DNA of 64,000 nucleotides from an uncultured cyanobacterium. Its GTDB lineage: Bacteria > Cyanobacteriota > Cyanobacteriia > Cyanobacteriales > CAWCAG01. A program made the translations under genes and the position numbers. The notes below the pieces were generated by a model that was not told the origin of the DNA, made no database searches, and saw only the letters and a program-made list of their open reading frames with translations. Positions 49,704 through 60,393 of this stretch are shown here, piece after piece; position 1 is the stretch's first letter; every line of letters begins with the position of its first letter. Location: contig CAWCAG010000003.1 in NCBI GenBank assembly GCA_963793425.1, positions 39,085-103,084 of the forward strand, in the 5' to 3' direction.

Positions 49704-49826
49704 ATGAAAACCAGAAAAATCATAGCCTTAGCCCTCGTAGCCCTCCTGACATTTACCCTAGTCACTTTGGTCAACACCTCACCCCTTACAGCCCAAGCAT
49801 CCCAGTGTAGAGGCGCTGGAAGGTAA
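49704..49826 (+). CDS. 40-aa signal-peptide microprotein ending CRGAGR, PatX/PatS-like (copy B)
   Basis: Translated by hand: MKTRKIIALALVALLTFTLVTLVNTSPLTAQASQCRGAGR*. Same AATCATAGCA context before the ATG as copy A. Confidence 0.82.
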   Translation: MKTRKIIALALVALLTFTLVTLVNTSPLTAQASQCRGAGR

Positions 49827-49902
49827 AGAAAAACAGCTAGAAGTACTAATAACTGTACAGCTAGCTGTTGTCGCAGACTTAACTAATAAGGTGATAACTG
49901 TT

Positions 49903-50136
49903 ATGACCCCAGAAGAATTAAATGAAAGCAAACAGAGGTTAGAGAAGCTAATTTCATCCCCTCCCACAACCCCAGAATTAGAGCAAAAACTTCAACAACT
50001 CAATAAAAAGGTTGAAGCAATAACACAACCACCAGAGTGGCTCAATGAATCTCTAACATCTCTCGACAAAAAACAAGCAGAACTAGATCAGAAAATCAAA
50101 GACTTAAAGCGCAAACGGGAGGGAGTAGATGAATAA
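49903..50136 (+). CDS. Hypothetical 77-aa coiled-coil protein (copy B)
   Basis: Paralog of 24379..24612; ATG 49903 chosen by alignment. Confidence 0.75.
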   Translation: MTPEELNESKQRLEKLISSPPTTPELEQKLQQLNKKVEAITQPPEWLNESLTSLDKKQAELDQKIKDLKRKREGVDE

Positions 50137-50353
50137 TCTACCAGAACCAACCGAATCCCCTCCAGAAGCCGACTTAGAAATGATTGAGGATGGCTTAGAA
50201 GAGTTCAAATTTGAAGAATGGCTTGAAGGAGAACTAAAAAAACTTGATGAGCGCCACCGCAGATTAGAGATCAAAGCGAACACCCTTATTAGCAACAGAA
50301 AATCATGGCTGAAAAATCTACAGGAATTATTTCTACCAGGGCTGCCAAAATAG
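50129..50353 (+). CDS. Hypothetical 74-aa protein (copy B)
   Basis: Paralog of 24162..24386. Confidence 0.75.
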   Translation: MNNLPEPTESPPEADLEMIEDGLEEFKFEEWLEGELKKLDERHRRLEIKANTLISNRKSWLKNLQELFLPGLPK

Positions 50354-50967
50354 CGAATGCCCTTAATAAGCAAGGGACTAAAGAAGTGAGGCGAGGGAAA
50401 GCGCCTTTCAAAACAGAAGAGATAATCAAATCTGGAAAAGTCGAAGTACCAGGTATTTCGGAATTTAACTTAGCTGAAGCCTCGGTTAACACCCCGGAAT
50501 TTCCTTTAAGCGACTACGAGGTTGACGACCCGCTCAATCCTCCTGATAGCCTCCCTGGGGTGACTAAAGCTACCCATAGCCAAGCCTCAACCAAATACGA
50601 AATGGCTAACTATGCCGTTGACTTACATCGCCAAAAATACAAGCTCGACAATAACATTTATGGAGCTATTGGAGACAGAGCCAAAGCATTTGACACAGCC
50701 ATTTCGACCCAACGCACTATTGAGCAATCAAAAGGTAATTACATCGGGCTACAGAGCGATATAGAAGGCACTAAACAAAGTGCGATCGCCTACGACCTTA
50801 ATAGAGCTAAAACTTACAAAGATATAGCCTCAAACGCCATCAGCAAGGGGCAGTTAGCCCTGGAGTTACAGATTCAGGTTAACCAACTAGAAGATAGCCA
50901 AACCAAACTCGATGAGTTGGACGGTGAATTGGAGCTTTTTCAGAAAAGACTAGGTGAGTATCAGTAA
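50305..50967 (+). CDS. Hypothetical 220-aa protein (copy B)
   Basis: Paralog of 23548..24210. Confidence 0.8.
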   Translation: MAEKSTGIISTRAAKIANALNKQGTKEVRRGKAPFKTEEIIKSGKVEVPGISEFNLAEASVNTPEFPLSDYEVDDPLNPPDSLPGVTKATHSQASTKYEMANYAVDLHRQKYKLDNNIYGAIGDRAKAFDTAISTQRTIEQSKGNYIGLQSDIEGTKQSAIAYDLNRAKTYKDIASNAISKGQLALELQIQVNQLEDSQTKLDELDGELELFQKRLGEYQ

Positions 50968-51085
50968 TTAGCTTAGCTTCCAGTCGACGGGGAAGGGGAA
51001 AGAATCGACATATTTGGTTTTTGATAACCGGATTTTGTGTAGTCAGGGAGTAGCCCCTGGTGATAACGAGGGGCTAAAGATAACA

Positions 51086-53285
51086 ATGAAAAAAGAAGAT
51101 GTAATTCTAGCAATTGGTAGTATTTCTTGTAGTACAGCCATCGGTTTTCTATTTGGGGCTGCGGTAACTAGTTCTCCTGGGAAAATAGCGGCAGCTTCTA
51201 TATTGGGGGCATTACCTGCGGCTGGTATTTCTGGGATAGTAATCGACCACAAGGCTACTAAAAAGCTCTCTAAGGTCGATAGAGCGTTAGCTGAGAAGAA
51301 AGTAGAGCTAAATAGGCTCTACAGACTAGAGATGAAAAATGAGGAGCTTATCGGGGATTTAAAGTATCACAAAGCTCAACTCCAAGGTAAGACAAAGGAA
51401 CTCGAACAAGTAGGATTATTCGCTAATGTACAGACTCAGCAAATTGACAGTTAAAATCTAACATTGAGAAATTAAAACGGGCGATAGCCTCCAACCAAGA
51501 GGAAATAGACTCTCTTAAACTCTGAGCTTAAAGACTGGGCAAGGAAATACGAAGAAGACTTAGCAGAAGAAATCGCCTTAGAAGTAGCCCGTATTAAGCA
51601 AACAAATATTCAGCAGATTTGTCATGAGGACTTTAGCTTACTCAAAGAGCAGCGAACGCTTGATGCGGAGTACCGGGCTATTATTCTCAAATGCCGTGAT
51701 GAGGTACGTCTAAAGACTCAAGGCTGTCGCCAAGCAGCCGAGAACTATAACGAACTGCTACACAAATTCAGGCATCAATTCAGCACTGAATCTGAGGCCC
51801 TTAGAAAGATTATCAAACTGCGAGAAACTCAAATCCAGTTCCTACAAAGAGAAAAAGATGGTGAGTTACTAGAGCCGAATTACCCCAAAGACTCATTAGA
51901 CCCCATCATCAAACTCGGCGGGGCATTTGCTCGTGAAGTTTGGGATTTATCTAAGCAGATCTATCCCCTTGAGGCTAGAAGGGCTTAAAGGGGATTACAA
52001 CGGGATTAGTAGCGTTGGCTTTAGCTACTCAAGTAAACACTCCCCAGAAGCGATTCTAGGCTTCATTAAGAGCCAGCAGGAACGTCTAACCCAGCATCTA
52101 GGAATCCACAAAATTACCAAGTTTGAAAAGTCACCACTATCGGCTCTTCTGGTTGTCTCATTTAGAGTACTTCCAGCACTAACCCAAGACAGCATCAAAG
52201 AGCTAGTAGGTAGTGGTGAAGAGTTCCTAAAGTGGGTAGGGAATCAGTCTTACCGATTCCGCTTAATTGCTGCTCCAGGCTTCGGTAAATCTCCAACCAT
52301 CATTGTTCTGGTTTCCCACATTCTAAAAGTGGGAGGAAAAAGAGCGAATATTCCCAGTGGGCAGTTAATCCCAAACATTGATTTAACGCTCTCCTATCCA
52401 GGTATTGATGGTAGTGAGAAAGATATCGATTACCCGTTAGAGCCATTCGTTAAATATCGAACTTGGGAAGATGCCCACACTTCTTTTGCTGAGTTCCATG
52501 ATGAATGGAAGTACCGAGAAAAGCATAGAGAATACAGACAAGCCAGTTTTAGTTTATGGGTATGGGATGAATTCGATAATTCCCTAACTAGTGCTAGTAA
52601 TCCTAGAGAACTAGGCACAAGCTTTAAGGAGTGTTTGAAACAAGCACATCATACTAATATGGGGTTTATTATTGCTGGTCAATCGGTCAACACTAAAGCC
52701 TTACCCGGATTTACTAACAATGACCGCAATACTTTATTTACTGAGATTGTTTGCGGCATCCCGGTTATTCGTGAATTTCTCGATATGTATGGCAAAAAGC
52801 TAGGTAGTAAAAAGGTAGCTACTATCCTAGCTAATCTAGACAATATTGAAGAATGGACTAACAGTAAGAATAAAGCAATTACGGATACAGCACGAGAATA
52901 TAGAGTAGTGCTAGCAGTTGATGAGAAAAGTCCTAAACTATTTTTCTTACCTAATCTAGATAACTACGATTTAGATAAGCAAACTGTTAGTAATTCAGTG
53001 GAAAATCAAGTACCAATTGATGAAAAAGCGACTACCAGAGATTACCAACTTACCAAAGCTGAAACTACTGCAACTGAGTCAAGCAAAGACTCTCAGCCAT
53101 TACCAGCTAATTTGCCAGAAAACCCTATGTCCCCCTCTGGGACACCTTACCAAAATACTAGTAAACCTCATTGTCCTGGTTGCGGTAGTAGTAATGTAGG
53201 TAGCAGAGGAAAAGGTCGTTTCACTTGTAAGAATAGTAGCTGTAAAAGAAAGTCATTTTCTGAAAGTAAAGCTGTATGGAAGTAG
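51086..53285 (+). pseudogene. Membrane P-loop ATPase (copy B), frameshifted
   Basis: Colinear with 21164..23371, with indels near 51450, 51518 and 51960; retains AAPGFGKS, WVWDEFD and the zinc ribbon. Confidence 0.8.
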
Positions 53286-53344
53286 TAGGACTGTTTAATT
53301 AGCCTTACGGTTTATTACTGTGGAGCTTTTATTGAAGAAAAGTA

Positions 53345-53824
53345 ATGTTAACTCAATTCAGATTAAAACATCCCAGGCTAGCGCTAAATTCCGTTAGCCT
53401 TAACAAGCGCCGAAAACTTCCCCACGAACCAGGAATCTACCTTTTGATTTCTTTTTGGGAGGTAGCTTACGTAGGTATGAGTACTAATCTATTCAATCGG
53501 TGGAATGGATATCACCATAAGATTGAATATGCTCAACTATTACCCCTCCCAAGACTTTATTATCTTCCCCTTAATGAGTGGTCAGATAAACGATTAAAGA
53601 AGCTAGAAACTAAAATTAAACACCATTATCAAGCTAAGAATCAGGCTAAATGGAATGACATTACTGTAATCCCTAAACATTATATTTGGGAACTCTGGCG
53701 AGATTTAGTGGTGGTCGTAGTAATGATTATGATGAGTTTGCTAATGAGACAGATGATAGCTATCTGGCTTATTTTTGGTGGTTTCTATTTTTGCTATGAG
53801 GGGCGAAAAAGACCAAGAGAATAA
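53345..53824 (+). CDS. GIY-YIG protein with C-terminal hydrophobic anchor (copy B)
   Basis: EPGIYLLISFWEVAYVGMSTNLFNRWNGYHHK; hydrophobic tail. Confidence 0.75.
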   Translation: MLTQFRLKHPRLALNSVSLNKRRKLPHEPGIYLLISFWEVAYVGMSTNLFNRWNGYHHKIEYAQLLPLPRLYYLPLNEWSDKRLKKLETKIKHHYQAKNQAKWNDITVIPKHYIWELWRDLVVVVVMIMMSLLMRQMIAIWLIFGGFYFCYEGRKRPRE

Positions 53825-53955
53825 CTACATCAAATCTCCAACGCCTCATTAGTTAACCCCAGTCTGGATGATCACGGCGGGAGTTTATTTTTTGTGGGGT
53901 TAGTTGTTTTGCTCAGTAAAATAGAGAGTAGCTTCTAAACGGAACTGAACAAGCC

Positions 53956-54757
53956 ATGTTACAGTACGATTTGTCTCGTCTTCCAACCGCAGAAGAACTA
54001 CCTAGCGTAGACTTTGAACCAGTGGATAATGAACTGCAAAGATTTGTCCCCTTTTTACTACAGCAAATCCTCACCTTCATCTGGCCAGAAAGAGAGGACT
54101 TCTTCTTTGGCATGGACATAGCCTACTACTATGACTCATCCCAACCTGCGGTATCTCCAGATGGATTTTTAAGTATAGGTGTAGAAACAAGGAAAAGACG
54201 AAGCGACAATAGAGACAGTAATGGGCGAATCAGTTATCTATTGTGGGAAGAAAACTATGTAGTCCCTACCTTGGTAATAGAATGCGTATCTCAAAAATAC
54301 GGAGGGGAATACGACGAAAAAAAAGACTTATATGCTCAGTTAGGGATACTCTACTACATCATCTATGACGGAGGTCGCTACCACAGTGAAAAAGGAGATA
54401 GAAGTAAAGGAGATCCTTTTGAAGTACATCGCTTAGAAAACGGGGTGTATGTAAGGCAACAAGGAGAACCAGTATGGCTGCCAGAAATCGGATTAGGAAT
54501 AGGCAGAAAGCGTGGAGAGTATAGTAGATGGACGAGGGAATGGTTGTACTGGTACGACCAGCAAGGTAATCGTTATTCTCCCGCTAAATGAAGCGTTTGA
54601 GACTCAACGGTTCATAGCTCAACAACAAAGAGCCATAGCAGAAGAAGAAAAAGCTAAGGCTGAACAAAACGAAGCGATCGCAATTCAAGAAAGAGCAAGA
54701 GCAGAACTATTAGCAGCAAAACTACGAGAGTTAGGCATAGACCCAGACCAAATCTAA
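53956..54757 (+). pseudogene. Uma2 (DUF820) family endonuclease, frameshifted before its coiled-coil tail
   Basis: LPTAEELP, SPDGF, LVIECVS, WLYWYDQQGNRY; the tail AELLAAKLRELGIDPDQI is in another frame (shift near 54580). Confidence 0.85.
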
Positions 54758-55064
54758 GTAACTTCGGGACACTGATATTCTAAATTGTCCCGAAGTTGAG
54801 TTAATCCCACAAATGAAAAGAATTTAGATAGTAGTTTCAAACTTGACAAAAAGAATTTAGATAGCCTAACTGAAGTTGAGATTCAATTGCCAAGCTTTAA
54901 CTTTTTCTAAAAAGTTTGGCCCAGTTTGTGCCGAAAACAATTTGTTTGAATGATGCTGAAGCCCTTAGCATGGTTAGGTTTTAATAAAATGTATGACAAA
55001 CCTATGGCTTGATGTAAGAACTTGACATACTACAAAACACAGAACTTTTCTAAAAAAGGTATAG

Positions 55065-55243
55065 ATGTGTATTTCTAGACCCACATTTAGGATTAAATGT
55101 GGGTTTTCAAACGCACATATTGCAGGTATTTCTAATCTCAGTGTCTGAAAAAGCTAATGTAGTACTTGTGTAACTAATAAATACTGTAAATGTGTGTTTC
55201 CAAACACACATTTAGCGTCAGATGTGCGTTTCTAAACGCACAT
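55065..55243. promoter_or_regulatory. Four 22-bp imperfect palindromes upstream of the relaxase; candidate oriT or operator
   Basis: ATGTG.GTTT..AAAC.CACAT-like units starting at 55065, 55097, 55190 and 55222. Confidence 0.6.
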
Positions 55244-55385
55244 ATATTTGTCTTTTTTTTGATAAAAATCGAGTTTTAACTAACTTGTAATACCAAAGAC
55301 AGAAGTAAGAAAAAATCAGAGCAATGCTCAAGTATTTTTGTCTATAATTTAGAAACAGCAAGGCATTTTGGAAAGTTAGTTAGAG

Positions 55386-56756
55386 ATGATTAGTAACTTA
55401 GACAGAATTAGTAGCGATAGTATCAGTAGAACAGTCAACTATGTTCTCAAAGACTCGGCTCAAGTTGTAGCTACCAATATGCCTGCTGGGTTGTTAAAAA
55501 AATGTCGAAATTTAACCACCTCATTTCGTTCAATCGCTTCACTCAACAAAAGAGTAAAAAAACCTTTGTACCACATCTCAATTCGCTGCGCTCCTGAAGA
55601 TGGTTCACTATCTCCCTTGGAGTGGTCGAAGATTAGTGGAAGGTTTTTAGAGTTAATGGAACTAGAAGAGAATCCTTTCACAGCAGCAACTCACGGAGAT
55701 AATCATGTACACCTACTGATAAGCAGAGTTGACGATAGTGGTAAGTGTTACGATGCTTCGTGGGATTGTTTTAAAGCTCAGAAAGCCCTAAGAACTATAG
55801 AATCAGAAGGTGGATACCGCCGGGTCAAAAGTAGTTTTGAAGTCAGAAAAAGTAGGGATACTAAAGGGCAAGTACATCGAATCAAAAAAGAGCAAGAAGA
55901 GTATAAAAATGGCTTAAGGGATGAACCACCAGAACCGAGTAAGAAAACTCAACTACAGCAGGCAATAGACAAAGGAATAGAACAGGCTAGTTCTGTAGAA
56001 GGAATTAAAGAGTTTCTCAGTTCTCAAAACATTCAGACGAGGCAAAAAAACCAGGGATGGAGTGTTGAGCTAGACGAGTATCACTTTGCTGGCAATCAGC
56101 TTGGTCGTGACTACACCTTGAATTCGGTTAGAGATGCTCTGGAGTCTCAAGTAAATAGAGAACAGGAAACTCCAGAACCAGAAATTACAAAGGAAGCAGA
56201 ACCAGAGTTAACCCCACAAGTCTCGACAGACACAGAAATTAGTAACAGACAGAACTTAGAACAGGAGCCGGAACAGAGTGTAGTCTCAGAAGCTCAAACA
56301 GATAGAGAGCAAATCGATTCTCACTCTAGAGTTATAGAACTTATCACCAGGAATGAAGAACTCAGGCTAGCCAAAGAAGCTAAACAAGCTAAGAAAGCAG
56401 AAGAAGCCAAGAAAGCCAAAGCTAATCAGCAGTCTTTAGTAGAACGCATTGCCCCAATAGTATCTTCATGGATTAATCTCCTTGGAGAAGGTTCTTTTGA
56501 AGGGAAAAAGCATAGTGCTTCTTGGAATTGTGAAACTAACTGCTTAACTCTAAGAGACAAAACTTTAGACGAGTCCGACAACCCAGTTATGTTGGCTAGT
56601 TGGGACGAAGAGAAACAACTATGGAAAGACACAGCCAGCAAGTTAACAGAAGAAAAAGTCCGTTACTGGGAAAAAGAAGTTGAACCCAGAGTATTAGCCC
56701 AGCAAAGAAAACAGCGAACTCAAACTCAGGCAAATAGTCGAGAAATGAGTTTGTGA
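55386..56756 (+). CDS. Relaxase/mobilisation nuclease (MOBP-like)
   Basis: N-terminal Tyr (VNYVL), LYHISI, THGDNHVHLLISRV histidine triad. Confidence 0.85.
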   Translation: MISNLDRISSDSISRTVNYVLKDSAQVVATNMPAGLLKKCRNLTTSFRSIASLNKRVKKPLYHISIRCAPEDGSLSPLEWSKISGRFLELMELEENPFTAATHGDNHVHLLISRVDDSGKCYDASWDCFKAQKALRTIESEGGYRRVKSSFEVRKSRDTKGQVHRIKKEQEEYKNGLRDEPPEPSKKTQLQQAIDKGIEQASSVEGIKEFLSSQNIQTRQKNQGWSVELDEYHFAGNQLGRDYTLNSVRDALESQVNREQETPEPEITKEAEPELTPQVSTDTEISNRQNLEQEPEQSVVSEAQTDREQIDSHSRVIELITRNEELRLAKEAKQAKKAEEAKKAKANQQSLVERIAPIVSSWINLLGEGSFEGKKHSASWNCETNCLTLRDKTLDESDNPVMLASWDEEKQLWKDTASKLTEEKVRYWEKEVEPRVLAQQRKQRTQTQANSREMSL

Positions 56757-57013
56757 TACTAAGAGTATTCCAATTAATGAAGTATCCAACATTTTATGGT
56801 TTCAGCTAGAGCGCTGGAGCGCTTTTAGCTGTCAACTTTTAGCTGTTGACTTTTTTTTTTCAAAGCTAGGGACAGTTTGTGCGAGAAATAATCTGTTTGG
56901 GAGCCTCCAACAGGGAGCTTCTAACTTTTCTCCAAGAGTCTGGCTTAGTTTCTGTCGGAAACAGTTTTTTTGAATGGTGCTGAAATCCTTGATTTGAGGG
57001 GGTTTTTGCTAAT

Positions 57014-57817
57014 GTATAACAAACCTATGGCTTGAAGTAAGAAATGAGCATACTACAAAAAAACGACTCAGGCTAAGAAAGTGGCAAAAAGCCGGAAAAT
57101 GTAACGGTTATGTCACTAACGAGTGCTTGTAATAGCAGTACCATGTAATTACCATGTGACTTTTCCTCTACAACTAGGCAAAATGAGTCTTGTTTTGCTT
57201 GTGTAGCACAAATGTAATATGCAAAAATAGAGGAAAATGTAACTTTAGTGTTACGGTTGAGTACCTGAAATGTAATTACCATGTGACTATTATGTCACTG
57301 GTAAAAAGCCCGTTTTTGCTTAATAAAAAAAATGAATCAGAAAAAAAATTCCCGAAAAGTTTTTCGATATACTTTAACTTCTGTCACAGGTGTTGACACG
57401 AAGAACAATACCTTGATTAATTATCTACAGAAAAGGTGGAGCAATAAGAAACTTCGCAAAGAAGAAGTAACTAAAACTATTGAAGCGAGAATCATGGCTC
57501 TAGCTTTATTAGAAAAGTATCAAGGAGATGATGAAGCTCTACAACAAAACAAAGAGAAAATTCTGTTTGCAGCGATAGAATCAATCATGGGGATGAATGT
57601 CTTTATCATGGCGATTAAAGATGCCATTAAGAAAGATTTGGGTATCGAGATTGGTGATTTGTTGCACCAAACAGATGTCTATGGTTTAGATTCTTCGGGT
57701 GAAGATGATGAAAGTAATCAGAGTACTCAGCCAAGCAGTAGCAGTGAAGATGATTCTAGAATAGAAAAAGCTTTTGAAGAATCCAAACGAGAAATGGAAA
57801 TAATGTTTGGTGGCTAG
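57014..57817 (+). repeat. Direct repeat of about 31845..32648 (iteron-like block plus 161-aa gene)
   Basis: Colinear non-coding and coding sequence. Confidence 0.85.
57332..57817 (+). CDS. 161-aa hypothetical protein, possibly ParR-like (copy B)
   Basis: Nearly identical to 32163..32648 except for the tail. Confidence 0.65.
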   Translation: MNQKKNSRKVFRYTLTSVTGVDTKNNTLINYLQKRWSNKKLRKEEVTKTIEARIMALALLEKYQGDDEALQQNKEKILFAAIESIMGMNVFIMAIKDAIKKDLGIEIGDLLHQTDVYGLDSSGEDDESNQSTQPSSSSEDDSRIEKAFEESKREMEIMFGG

Positions 57818-57985
57818 ACTAGTGGAGGCGGAGGTGCGGATGGCAGTTGGTAGCATTGCAGGGACTTTAGCTAAGGAGCATCTACTCTTACTAAGAGTGA
57901 TTGCTTCGATAATCTTGAGTTATTCAGGGATGAGTATACAGAAAAACAACTTTGAAAATTATATCTCCACCTCTTGTTCTGTCTC

Positions 57986-58456
57986 TCATAGCATTTGGCT
58001 TAAAGCTTGATCTGAGGCGTTAGCACAAATTTTAACAGCATTGGAAAAACAATGCCCGAAATCTTTTTCCGGTACTTGTGCGCTTTCTAGACAATCATTA
58101 ATTTGTAGAAGAAGTGGGTCGTAAACAACTACTTCCTGCATGACGCGAGGCCATTCTTTGGGAACGTTTCTATGTTCAGGAACATCTATCTGACCACTAT
58201 TACTTAGCAAAGCAAATTCCCTGATGACCGGAAGCCCCCTAAAGCGTTTGGCTATTTTTATCAGTCTCTTTGGTGAAGCCATCTTTTCTAAGAGAATCTT
58301 TCTGGGAATTAGTAGTTTGGTTCTTTTTCGGTAGTTGTTTTTTTCAGTAAATGTTTCTGATTTTCGTATTTCTTTAAATTCTTTAATTGCTGTCTTCATG
58401 AAGGGAAACTCCACTGTGTTATTGAGATTGCTGACTACTGTATTACCATGATACAA
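57986..58456 (-). CDS. Hypothetical protein
   Basis: 156-aa ORF with no recognised motif. Confidence 0.45.
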   Translation of the reverse strand: MYHGNTVVSNLNNTVEFPFMKTAIKEFKEIRKSETFTEKNNYRKRTKLLIPRKILLEKMASPKRLIKIAKRFRGLPVIREFALLSNSGQIDVPEHRNVPKEWPRVMQEVVVYDPLLLQINDCLESAQVPEKDFGHCFSNAVKICANASDQALSQML

Positions 58457-58717
58457 AAGTAGGAAAACTCAAACCATCGATTTTTCGGTTGGCAAGAGCG
58501 TTTATGGCGTAGTGATCGCATCGTTTCTATAATCCCTTATACTAATACAGTCGTATTGGTATGATATTGTTGGCAGTTTACCAGAAAAAGTCAACGACAA
58601 AGGGGAAAAATGAAGTACTTGGGAGGCCCTGGTGCAGCAGATTTAGTTATAGAAGTACTCTTACCAGGACATCGAAACATAGACCAAATAGAGCGTAAAC
58701 AGCGCTAAGAAAAACCC

Positions 58718-59692
58718 TTAGAGCAAATCTGCCATAGTTACAAAACAGGCTTCCACCTCTGCCCAATCAGGAAAAGAGCTATAACAAAGGTTGCTACACT
58801 GTTGAGTATATTCTCGGCTAATAACTTGGGACAACTCCCCAGTAGGAAAAAGAGCTTCGCTAGTAGAGAAACTCATATTTTCTGGGGGAATGTAACTTTT
58901 GGGAAAAGACTGGCGACTAATTTGGTCACAATCGGTCTTAATTAATTGATATTCCTCACTTTGAAGCATCTGTTGCACCTGGGGATGTTGAGCTAAACAG
59001 AAGAGGTCGTAGTAATGTCGAGCGTAGCTACCTATGGGCGTTCCTTGCTGTTGATACATCACCACCTTAGAGTGAATAGTAAACATCTTCTCCACAAAAG
59101 TCCGTCGAAAATGTAGTAAAACCATAGGAAAGGGTGATTCATCTTCAGCATCTAAGCTGTTTTGAGTATCCTCAAGAAACTCAGCAAGGTAGGAACGCAG
59201 CAGTATTTCTTCAGTAGGATAACTACCACTACGAGTTCCCATCTCCAGAAGTACTCGATTAGCGATCGCTGGTATGGCAGAAAATTCTGGAGAGTAGCTA
59301 AAGTAACTATTGCGACTAACACCTTTCTTACTAAAACCTTCCCCTTTCAAAAGAGTTAAACCAGGATGATTGCTGACTAACTCAGTTATGGCTTTCAACT
59401 CTCGGTCAACACCATTGCGACTAAGAGGAGGATTGAAAGCTTCTCGATATAAAAACAAATCGATATCTTCAGAAAAGCGCTCGATGAGTTTCCATCCTTT
59501 AGAAAGGCTCGTACCACCCTTAAAAATCACCTGGGTGGGCCAGGAATTAGCCACAAGGCGTAAAGCTTCTGTAACATAGTAATCCTTCTCGATTAGCTGC
59601 TCGGTTAATCCTAAAGGGGCAAAATGTTCTTGAGCAGCAATAATAGCATCGCGAAAGGATGGATGTTGAAAAAGCTTCATTTCCCCTGCCAC
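58718..59692 (-). CDS. AbiEii/AbiGii-family nucleotidyltransferase toxin
   Basis: IEKDY, FKGGTSLSK, RFSEDIDL, TFVEK, RHYYD. Confidence 0.9.
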   Translation of the reverse strand: MAGEMKLFQHPSFRDAIIAAQEHFAPLGLTEQLIEKDYYVTEALRLVANSWPTQVIFKGGTSLSKGWKLIERFSEDIDLFLYREAFNPPLSRNGVDRELKAITELVSNHPGLTLLKGEGFSKKGVSRNSYFSYSPEFSAIPAIANRVLLEMGTRSGSYPTEEILLRSYLAEFLEDTQNSLDAEDESPFPMVLLHFRRTFVEKMFTIHSKVVMYQQQGTPIGSYARHYYDLFCLAQHPQVQQMLQSEEYQLIKTDCDQISRQSFPKSYIPPENMSFSTSEALFPTGELSQVISREYTQQCSNLCYSSFPDWAEVEACFVTMADLL

Positions 59693-60393
59693 TCCTGAGC
59701 ATAATCTAGAGAGCCTAAAATACCGAAATCAAAGCGAGATAAAGGATTTAACCCCTGCCTCAACTTGGTTAACAACTCTTGATTGTGATTCAGTTCTTGA
59801 CCAATAGCTCCCAGCATAGCTTGAACACGAGAAGGTTCAAAGGGGGCTACCTTCACCAATTTGGCAAAGCGTTCCTCATTAAGAAAAAACTCTAGTAAGC
59901 GCTCCTTAGTTTGCTTAGGGGATAACTCGCTCCACCGTCCTCTGTTTCTGAGGAAATCTAATAAAGAAGCCTCAGTAGCAGAAAGACTATCCCAGGTAGA
60001 AGGACGGCGAGTATAAAGTTTACTACGAGGATGAAGTAGCTTACTAGGGACACTAGTAGCAGAAGTAGCAAATTCACCTTGTACAGCATTTTGAGTCGTA
60101 AACCCTAACAAATTAGCTGCACTAACACCAGCAGGATGTAACTTATGCTTAAGAGCTACCTGTTGTAGTTCACCTTGGGAAGGACGACTAGCACCGAAGC
60201 GAGTTTGGCGGGGATGATAGTAAAGCCCTTTGCTAACTCTGCGTAGAAAACCTTCTTGGGACAAACGGGAGAGAGTTTTACTAACCGCAGTAGGAGAAAG
60301 AGAAGAAAAGTCACAATAGCGCCAGTATCTTTCTCCTTGAGATTGAATCTGATAGCGGATAAGCTCTGCTGTGCTGGTTGAGGGTTTTGTCAT
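59677..60393 (-). CDS. AbiEi-like (DUF6088-like) antitoxin and regulator
   Basis: LSRLSQEGFLRRVSKGLYY, AANLLGFTTQ; overlaps the AbiEii start. Confidence 0.82.
   Translation of the reverse strand: MTKPSTSTAELIRYQIQSQGERYWRYCDFSSLSPTAVSKTLSRLSQEGFLRRVSKGLYYHPRQTRFGASRPSQGELQQVALKHKLHPAGVSAANLLGFTTQNAVQGEFATSATSVPSKLLHPRSKLYTRRPSTWDSLSATEASLLDFLRNRGRWSELSPKQTKERLLEFFLNEERFAKLVKVAPFEPSRVQAMLGAIGQELNHNQELLTKLRQGLNPLSRFDFGILGSLDYAQEWQGK

Noticed and set aside
49804..49902. N-terminal extension of the 77-aa gene overlapping the RGAGR ORF
   Set aside because: The frame is closed in copy A, and the substitution pattern is synonymous in the CRGAGR frame.
55065..55243. Possible mini CRISPR array
   Set aside because: Units are degenerate 22-mers with 10-bp and about 70-bp gaps, not spacer-sized, and no cas genes are present.
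37792..59269. HIP1 octamers (37792, 40390, 41092, 50782, 54674, 59262) apparently confined to the right half
   Set aside because: Counted by eye and too few to support an origin difference; used only as evidence of a cyanobacterial host.
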